From a virus (Duplodnaviria > Caudoviricetes): DNA of 59,006 nt. A program made the position numbers and the translations under genes. The notes beneath the pieces were generated by a model. It was not told the DNA's origin and ran no database searches. It was given only the letters and a program-made list of their open reading frames with translations. Below are positions 52,275 through 59,006 of the stretch, piece after piece (the stretch's first letter is position 1; every line of letters begins with the position of its first letter). The stretch spans positions 1 through 59,006 of the IMG/VR virus record IMGVR_UViG_3300032770_001058. One strand, written 5' to 3'.

Positions 52275-54974
52275 ATGCCCCGAGGCAAAGCGAGCGGTCG
52301 GAAACCGTCCAAGCGCCCCATCGAACGATACGAGCACACGGACAAGAAACGGATCAATAACCCGCCGGTAGGTCTGGTGAACCCGGAGACGGAACCGCCT
52401 CTGCCAACGCATAAAACCTACCAGTACCCCCACCCGGTCCCAACAGTAAAGCCCGGCAAGGACCTGGACTACGATCCGCACCTCGATCCGCAGCTCGTGT
52501 GGGCCGGCAAGAAGGAGCATACGTCATTCGAGGTGCCGACCGTCTCCCTGCATGTCCACGAACGAATAGACCCGCGGACAATCATGGAGGCGGTGCGCAA
52601 GCGCAATGGCAACGGAGCCGCTGCACAGCCGTCGTTGTTCGAGCGGCGGGAGGAGAATCCACCGTTCCGCGAAGCGATTGACTTCTACCGCCACGCGCAC
52701 GGCTGGTCAAACCGGTTGATTGCCGGCGACTCGCTGCTGGTCATGAACTCGCTTTTGGAGAAAGAAGGCATGGCCGGGCAGGTGCAGATGGTCTATGTCG
52801 ACCCGCCGTATGGAATCAAGTACGGCTCGAACTTCCAGCCATTCGTTAACAAGAAAACAGTATCTCCCTCCGATAAAGACGAGGATCTGACGCAAGAACC
52901 CGAAATGCTGCATGCGTTTCGCGATACCTGGGAACTCGGTGTCCATTCGTACCTGACGTACTTGAGGGATAGGCTCCTGGTTGCAAGAGACTTGCTTCAC
53001 AGCTCTGGTTCGTGCTTCCTCCAGATAAGCGACCAGAATCTTCATCTCGTCAGAAGTCTGCTGGACGACATTTTTGGCGCCAACAACTTCATCGCACTGC
53101 TTTCGTTTCAGAAGAAGGGCAGCCAGTCGGGGGACTTCGTTCCCTCTATACACGAGTACATCGTGTGGTACGCCAAAGATAAGTCAGTCGCAAAGTTCCG
53201 GCGCCTGTACAGACCGCGCGATTTGGCGGGCATCGGAGGTTCTGGGTTTGAGTACCTGATGTTAGCCGACGCAACGATTCGTAATCTAACTGAGGACGAG
53301 AAGCTCGGTAATAGTCCTCTACCGGACGGTGCGCGAGCCTTTCGGTACAATCCCTTGTTCAGTGCTAAACCTGGGCCGAATGAACCCGTCGAAATTGATG
53401 GAACACCTTACCCATCCGGCGGTAATTCCTGGAAGGTAAATCCCGCAAAAATTCCACTGCTCTACAAAATCGGCAGAATCGTAAAACAGAAAACGCGCCT
53501 AGTGTATCTGCGATATGCCGATGATTTCGACTACGTACCGCTCACGAACATCTGGGGTGGTATCGGTGGATCTCCGGACAAGGTATATGTTGTCCAGACT
53601 AATCCCGTCATACTGAAGAGATGCATCTTGATGACCACTGACCCAGGCGACTTGGTTCTCGATCCGACCTGCGGCTCGGGCACCACGGCCTATGTCGCCG
53701 AGGAGTGGGGGCGGCGCTGGATCACCTGCGACACCTCGCGCGTGGCGGTCACCCTAGCTAAGCAGCGGCTGATGACCGCCGACTTCGATTATTACGAGTT
53801 GCAGCACCCCGATGAGGGGGTAGGCAGTGGATTCCAATACAAAAAGGTGCCTCACATCACTCTCAAGTCCATTGCAAACAATCCTGAGATTCGCGAGGGC
53901 ATGTCTTCTGAGCAAATCGATGCAGCCATTACTAGGTATGCCGACCGAGAAGACCTGTACGATCAACCGTTCATAGACAAGAAGCGTGTTCGAGTGACTG
54001 GTCCATTTACGGTAGAGGCCGTTCCTGCTCCGACGGTGCAATCACTGGAGGATATCCAGGTCGGCGTGGGCGCCGCCGCGACGGCATCAGGCAGCGCGCA
54101 GCAATCCATCGGCGACTTCCGCCATGCGGCCACGCCCCTGCTGGACACCTCAATCGCTCGTTCCGGCCCGACTCTGCGCCACACCGAGTGGCGCGACGAA
54201 TTGCTAAAGACCGGCCTGCGCGGCAAGGGTGGGCACCACATCGACTTCTCGCGGGTCGAGCCTCTGGCCGGCACGCGCTGGCTCCATGCCGATGCGGAGA
54301 CCAAAGGCATAAAGCCAGAGCGCGTCGTCATCTCCTTCGGTCCTGAGCACAGCCTGCTCGACAGCAATCAAGTCGAACTGGCCTGGAAGGAGGCGCGGAT
54401 GCTGGTGCCGCGCCCTGACATCCTCGTTTTTGCGGCTTTCGAGTTCGATCCCGAAGCGGCGAAAGACATCGATGAGCTAACAAAAGACAAGGCCGGCATG
54501 ACACTGCTCAGTGCGCAGATGAACGCCGACCTGCTCACGGAGGATCTGAAAAAGAAGCGGGCCTCGAACCAGAGCTTCTGGCTGGTGGGACGCCCGGACG
54601 TTGAACTGCGCCAGATCGGCAAGGGCGAGCACAAGGGTAAATGGGAAGTGGAAGTGGGCGGCTTCGACTACTACAACACGCGTACAGGCACCATCGAATC
54701 GGGCGACACGTCGCGCATTGCCATATGGCTGTTTGACCCAGACTACGACGGCCGCAGCCTTTATCCGCGCCAGGTATTCTTCCCAATGGCCGACGAGGAC
54801 GAGGGCTGGACTAGGCTGGCGCGCAACCTGAAGGCGGAGATCGATCCAGACCTGATCGAGGCTTATCGCGGAACGACTTCGCTACCGTTTGACCCTGGCC
54901 CGCACAAGCAAGTTGCGGTGAAGGTCATTGACGATCGAGGCATTGAAAGCCTAAAAGTCGTGGATGTGAAGTGA
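52275..54974 (+). CDS. mod: Type III R-M modification methyltransferase (beta class)
   Basis: NRLI.GDSL, YVDPPYGI, AT-richer central target-recognition region, VLDPTCGSGTTA, KVID.RG.E. Confidence 0.88.
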   Translation: MPRGKASGRKPSKRPIERYEHTDKKRINNPPVGLVNPETEPPLPTHKTYQYPHPVPTVKPGKDLDYDPHLDPQLVWAGKKEHTSFEVPTVSLHVHERIDPRTIMEAVRKRNGNGAAAQPSLFERREENPPFREAIDFYRHAHGWSNRLIAGDSLLVMNSLLEKEGMAGQVQMVYVDPPYGIKYGSNFQPFVNKKTVSPSDKDEDLTQEPEMLHAFRDTWELGVHSYLTYLRDRLLVARDLLHSSGSCFLQISDQNLHLVRSLLDDIFGANNFIALLSFQKKGSQSGDFVPSIHEYIVWYAKDKSVAKFRRLYRPRDLAGIGGSGFEYLMLADATIRNLTEDEKLGNSPLPDGARAFRYNPLFSAKPGPNEPVEIDGTPYPSGGNSWKVNPAKIPLLYKIGRIVKQKTRLVYLRYADDFDYVPLTNIWGGIGGSPDKVYVVQTNPVILKRCILMTTDPGDLVLDPTCGSGTTAYVAEEWGRRWITCDTSRVAVTLAKQRLMTADFDYYELQHPDEGVGSGFQYKKVPHITLKSIANNPEIREGMSSEQIDAAITRYADREDLYDQPFIDKKRVRVTGPFTVEAVPAPTVQSLEDIQVGVGAAATASGSAQQSIGDFRHAATPLLDTSIARSGPTLRHTEWRDELLKTGLRGKGGHHIDFSRVEPLAGTRWLHADAETKGIKPERVVISFGPEHSLLDSNQVELAWKEARMLVPRPDILVFAAFEFDPEAAKDIDELTKDKAGMTLLSAQMNADLLTEDLKKKRASNQSFWLVGRPDVELRQIGKGEHKGKWEVEVGGFDYYNTRTGTIESGDTSRIAIWLFDPDYDGRSLYPRQVFFPMADEDEGWTRLARNLKAEIDPDLIEAYRGTTSLPFDPGPHKQVAVKVIDDRGIESLKVVDVK

Positions 54975-57868
54975 CCATGAGCACAGCGCCGCAGCAGGGC
55001 AAGACAACAATTGATCAGCTCATCATCAACTCCCCGTACGAGGAGCCACAGGAGCATTGGCGGTATCACCGGGAAACTCGGCTGTTTACGCGCGAGCAGG
55101 AGCGGAGAAAGGCTGGCTATGTGCGCGCTTCGGAATCATCGCGCTCTTTCGATGACCCAGGAATCTTCGTTGAGCTGCCGTTGGTCAACCAGATCAGGCC
55201 GCGAGTAACCGCGTGGCGTGAAGCTGGGTACGCCGGAGCGAGCGGTATCACACGCAGGCTGTTACAACACTGGCACGATACCGAGCAGCGCGACACGAAT
55301 CGCCGATTCTTCTTCTGCCAACTGGAGGCAATCGAAACTCTGATCTGGCTGACGGAGGCTCCGGCTTCAGAGCGCGTCGGCATTGAGCTTCCCGGAGATG
55401 GAGGGCCGTTCAGCCGGCTCTGCTGCAAGATGGCAACGGGCTCCGGCAAGACGATCCTGATGGCGATGTTGATTGCATGGCAGGTGCTCAACAAAGTCAC
55501 CTATCCACAGGACAAGCGCTTCTCCAAGAACGTTCTGCTGATTGCTCCTGGCCTAACGGTAAAGAAACGGTTGGAAGTGCTGATACCCGGCTCGCCGGGC
55601 AACTATTACGTCGAGTTCCAGATTGTCCCGCCCGGTCTCGAAGACAAGATGCGGCAAGGGGCGAGTTGCCATGTACTCATCCGCAACTGGCACATGCTGG
55701 ATTGGGACACGGACGAGCAGATCAGCAAGAGGCGCACCGTCGACAAGCGCGGAGCTAAGAGCGACGAGGCCTATGTACGAGACGTACTGGAAGATATGGC
55801 CTCGGCGCAGAACATCGTGGTGATCAATGACGAGGCGCACCACGCGTGGCGTGTTCCCCCCAAGTCCCGAGTGGCCGGTGTCTCTAAAGATGAGGTAAAC
55901 GAGGCGACAAAGTGGGTTGGCGGCCTCGACCGCATTCATCGCGCGAGAGGGATTCTCTCCTGCTTCGACTTGACTGCCACTCCTTTCGCGCCGACCGGCA
56001 AGAAGAGCGGCGAGGAGACCCTATTCGGCTGGATTGTGAGCGACTTCGGATTGAACGATGCGATTGAGTCCGGGCTCGTGAAAACCCCCAGGGTGGTAGT
56101 ACGCGACGACGGCAAGCTGGACAGCAAGTACCGCTCGCGTTTCTATCACATCTACAGTGACCCTGAAGTCAAAACAGACGTAAACCGCAAAGCTGAGCCG
56201 GAGGCGCCGCTACCCGATCTGGTGCGGACTGGCTACTACTTCCTCGGCAAGGACTGGCTGGAAACGGCGAAGAAGTGGAAGAAAGAGAGTAGGCAGCCTA
56301 CGCCGCCCGTGATGATCACGGTCGCGAATACCACATACACCGCGGCGCGCGTTGAATATGCGTTCACGCGCAAGCGAATCACCATTGATGAGCTATGCAA
56401 GCCGGAGCGCATCCTTCACATCGATTCCAAAGTCCTCGCGCAGGCTGAAGAGGAAGACGAACCACCCGTGCAGCTCGGGTTAGCACAAACAGACAACGAG
56501 GATGAGAACTCGGAGGAGGGCGGCGGGGAACCTGAAAACGGTCAGCATCGAGCCAAGAAGCTGTCCAAGAAAGAACAGGCGGAGCTACTACGGCGGAAGG
56601 TGGACACAGTCGGGCGCAAAGGCGAGCCGGGGGAGCAAGTTCAAAATGTGATCTCCGTCGGTATGCTCTCAGAAGGCTGGGACGCCAAGACAGTCACGCA
56701 TATTATGGGCCTGCGTGCATTCACGTCCCAGCTCCTCTGCGAACAGGTAGTCGGGCGCGGGCTGCGTCGAACATCGTATGAGGTGAACGAGCAAACTGGA
56801 CTGTTCCAACCGGAGTACGTAAACATTTTCGGCGTGCCGTTTACGTTTCTGCCTCACGAAGGCGGCGGAGATGAACCACCGCCTCCTCCGCCCTCACCAA
56901 AAACAAGGATTGAAGCGTTACCAGAACGGAAATCTTACGAGATCGTCTGGCCCAATGTAATGCGGATCGACCATGATTATCGGCCGACGCTGACGCTCGA
57001 TTTACTGAAAGTGAAACGATTGGTCCTGGATGCGTACGAGAGTCCGCTGCTGGCGGAGTTAGCGCCAACAATCGACGGTAAGCCGGATGTCAGACATATC
57101 TCAGAGATCGATCTCCGGAAGAAGCTCGGGGACGAATACCGGATGCAGAAGGTAATTTTCACCGCGGCCGGCGACATTTATGAGCAGATGAAGAAGACTT
57201 GGAAGGGCAGCAAGGAATATTTGCTATCGCAGGTGATTCGAATAGTCGAGCAGTACATCGAGAGCGACAGGGTTCGCATTGACCCACCGCTGTTTAACCA
57301 GGACCCAGTACGCCGAAGAATCATCATCACGCTGCAGATGGGGAAAGTGGCTGAGGAACTAAAGCAGGCCATCCACTTCGATAACACGCTGGCGCTCGTC
57401 CCCGTTTTCGATTCCGAGAGGCCGGTCCGCGCGACTGGCGACATGCTCCCCTGGTACACCGGGAAGCCTTGCGAGCACACGAGACATTCCCACATTAATA
57501 TGAGCGTGTTCGACAGCCGATGGGAGGCAAGCGAAGCGTTTGAGCTCGATCGCAGCGAGCATGTTGCGGCTTGGGTAAAAAACGACCACTTGGGATTCGA
57601 GATCACTTACTCATTTCGCGGTATCATCCGCAAGTTTCGACCCGACTACCTAGTTCGCTTGATCAATGGAAAAATGCTGGTGCTCGAAGTCAAGGGGCAA
57701 GATAATCACGAGCAGCAGACAAAGCGGGAGTTCTTAGCTGAATGGGTTAGAGCCATCAACGGACACGGCGGATTCGGGCTCTGGGCGGCTGATGTGTCGC
57801 GGAATCCGACCGACATTCACGAGATTTTAGCGAAGCAGAACGCGGACGTCTCTGTGCGAAATTCTTAG
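54971..57868 (+). CDS. res: Type III R-M restriction subunit
   Basis: CQLEAIET, KMATGSGKT, NDEAHH, TATPF, MLSEGWD, EQVVGRGLRR; nuclease PDYLV...LEVKG. Confidence 0.88.
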   Translation: MTMSTAPQQGKTTIDQLIINSPYEEPQEHWRYHRETRLFTREQERRKAGYVRASESSRSFDDPGIFVELPLVNQIRPRVTAWREAGYAGASGITRRLLQHWHDTEQRDTNRRFFFCQLEAIETLIWLTEAPASERVGIELPGDGGPFSRLCCKMATGSGKTILMAMLIAWQVLNKVTYPQDKRFSKNVLLIAPGLTVKKRLEVLIPGSPGNYYVEFQIVPPGLEDKMRQGASCHVLIRNWHMLDWDTDEQISKRRTVDKRGAKSDEAYVRDVLEDMASAQNIVVINDEAHHAWRVPPKSRVAGVSKDEVNEATKWVGGLDRIHRARGILSCFDLTATPFAPTGKKSGEETLFGWIVSDFGLNDAIESGLVKTPRVVVRDDGKLDSKYRSRFYHIYSDPEVKTDVNRKAEPEAPLPDLVRTGYYFLGKDWLETAKKWKKESRQPTPPVMITVANTTYTAARVEYAFTRKRITIDELCKPERILHIDSKVLAQAEEEDEPPVQLGLAQTDNEDENSEEGGGEPENGQHRAKKLSKKEQAELLRRKVDTVGRKGEPGEQVQNVISVGMLSEGWDAKTVTHIMGLRAFTSQLLCEQVVGRGLRRTSYEVNEQTGLFQPEYVNIFGVPFTFLPHEGGGDEPPPPPPSPKTRIEALPERKSYEIVWPNVMRIDHDYRPTLTLDLLKVKRLVLDAYESPLLAELAPTIDGKPDVRHISEIDLRKKLGDEYRMQKVIFTAAGDIYEQMKKTWKGSKEYLLSQVIRIVEQYIESDRVRIDPPLFNQDPVRRRIIITLQMGKVAEELKQAIHFDNTLALVPVFDSERPVRATGDMLPWYTGKPCEHTRHSHINMSVFDSRWEASEAFELDRSEHVAAWVKNDHLGFEITYSFRGIIRKFRPDYLVRLINGKMLVLEVKGQDNHEQQTKREFLAEWVRAINGHGGFGLWAADVSRNPTDIHEILAKQNADVSVRNS

Positions 57869-57893
57869 CTAGGCGTATCACTTCAGAGGTATG

Positions 57894-59006
57894 TCACCCG
57901 GCAACTGCTCCGTCGGCAGTCTCAGCAATCAGCTCTTCGGTTTCGACGCTGCTTTGTTTCTCGCGTTTTGTCTTCCATCCAGCTCCGATGATCTGCGCGA
58001 GACCGGCTAGCATTTCTGCGCAATTTAAGGGCAGCTTGTGGCCGTCAACCCAGAATTCACCCCATCCGTTCGGTTTGAGCGCAAAGGCTGAGCCCAGCGC
58101 CTTCGTCATCTCCTGCAGCTTCTCTTCCTTCACGATTTCGATAGCGCGCGCCTGTAGAAGGACCTGAATCCTGCCCTTGCGGTTTTCGGGGGCGAACAGT
58201 CCGATATACGCCCGGTTGGTTGGGCTGCCTGTAGTAGTCATCTCGGGCAGCGAGAACGTGTAACCCGTCGTATTTGGCCATTGGTATGCAGATCCACCAA
58301 GGCCGGACTTGATGCTGGTCACAAGGGCGTCATATCCCTGCTTGATCCCAAGGTCGGTCAGGAGTTTATCGAGTTTGACTTGGTTCCCGAGTTTGGTTGA
58401 CCTAACTTGCGAGTCCTCAGACGCTGACGAGACCTCCACCTGGCGAGCAAGAAGAATTTCGTCCCCCTGCTTGAAACCGTGGAAAGTGATTAGGGAGATA
58501 TCGACTTCACTTTGTGCGAGGAACGCCACAATTCGCTTTGCACGGTCATCAACTCCCAAGCCCACAAGCATAATGCGTGGACGTCCGATGTCGACTACAG
58601 GTCGTTGGAATTGACTTTGGTACCAATTGCTGAAGTCCTCGATGTGTTCTGTGCCGCCCCGGCCAGAGTGCTCATTGATGTGGCGGCAGAGTGCGTCGGG
58701 CTCAAGTCCGGCTAGATATGAGCCATAGTCAAGTGCTTGTGCGACGGCATCGCGCGTGAGGTCACCTCGTTTGAGTTCAAAAATCACAAGCCGCCCGTCC
58801 TCGTCGACACCGAGGAGATCAAGGGGACCACCCGGTGTTTCCGTCTGGCGGCCGATGAGGTGCAGATCCGGCATTAAGAGGTCTGGGGATGCTGTCAGAA
58901 CTTCTTCTAGCAGCTGTTCGGTAGTGGTCTCGGAGATTGCTTCAACTGATACCGCGTTTGGTTTCTCGTTGCCACCGACAATCTTCCAAACCTTGATCTC
59001 TTCCAT
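57894..59006 (-). CDS. NucS/DUF91-like PD-(D/E)XK endonuclease domain protein
   Basis: E..LE..L, LIGRQ, LDLLGVD..G.LVIFELKRG, AVAQALDY. Confidence 0.7.
   Translation of the reverse strand: MEEIKVWKIVGGNEKPNAVSVEAISETTTEQLLEEVLTASPDLLMPDLHLIGRQTETPGGPLDLLGVDEDGRLVIFELKRGDLTRDAVAQALDYGSYLAGLEPDALCRHINEHSGRGGTEHIEDFSNWYQSQFQRPVVDIGRPRIMLVGLGVDDRAKRIVAFLAQSEVDISLITFHGFKQGDEILLARQVEVSSASEDSQVRSTKLGNQVKLDKLLTDLGIKQGYDALVTSIKSGLGGSAYQWPNTTGYTFSLPEMTTTGSPTNRAYIGLFAPENRKGRIQVLLQARAIEIVKEEKLQEMTKALGSAFALKPNGWGEFWVDGHKLPLNCAEMLAGLAQIIGAGWKTKREKQSSVETEELIAETADGAVAG

Overview
Most of the window (about 1.9-49.2 kb, minus strand) is the late region of a temperate, cos-type, HK97-fold siphophage: HNH, terminase, portal, S49 protease, capsid, neck, tail, tape measure, tail tip and lysis genes. 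It is interrupted by AT-richer morons, mostly on the opposite strand (Hachiman-like pair, sacsin/DUF3883 protein, two HEPN-like proteins). It is flanked by DarTG on the left and by a tyrosine integrase, ParA plus an RHH-like partner, a Type III R-M system and a NucS-like nuclease on the right. The most striking element is a ~10 kb plus-strand module between the putative cos and terS. Its genes are separated by five near-identical type I pseudoknotted hammerhead ribozymes (four intact, one missing core position 7). Each ribozyme is followed by a conserved GCCGC-AACCA-GCGGC hairpin and an AGGAG ribosome-binding site. Three upstream genes end with their UGA stop inside the catalytic core, giving a shared C-terminal PATA. 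A ~550-nt highly base-paired non-coding region precedes the first ribozyme, and a WDDPEIR peptide motif recurs in three unrelated proteins of the module. Other oddities are 11-bp-phased GATATC-like repeats at seven intergenic sites, a sigma-28-like factor and a signal-peptide-bearing tailspike-like protein inside the tail operon, and a domain shared by the head-tail connector and the tail-tip protein. All calls come from reading motifs by eye; no searches or folding programs were run. The host (possibly Acidobacteriota) is only a guess.
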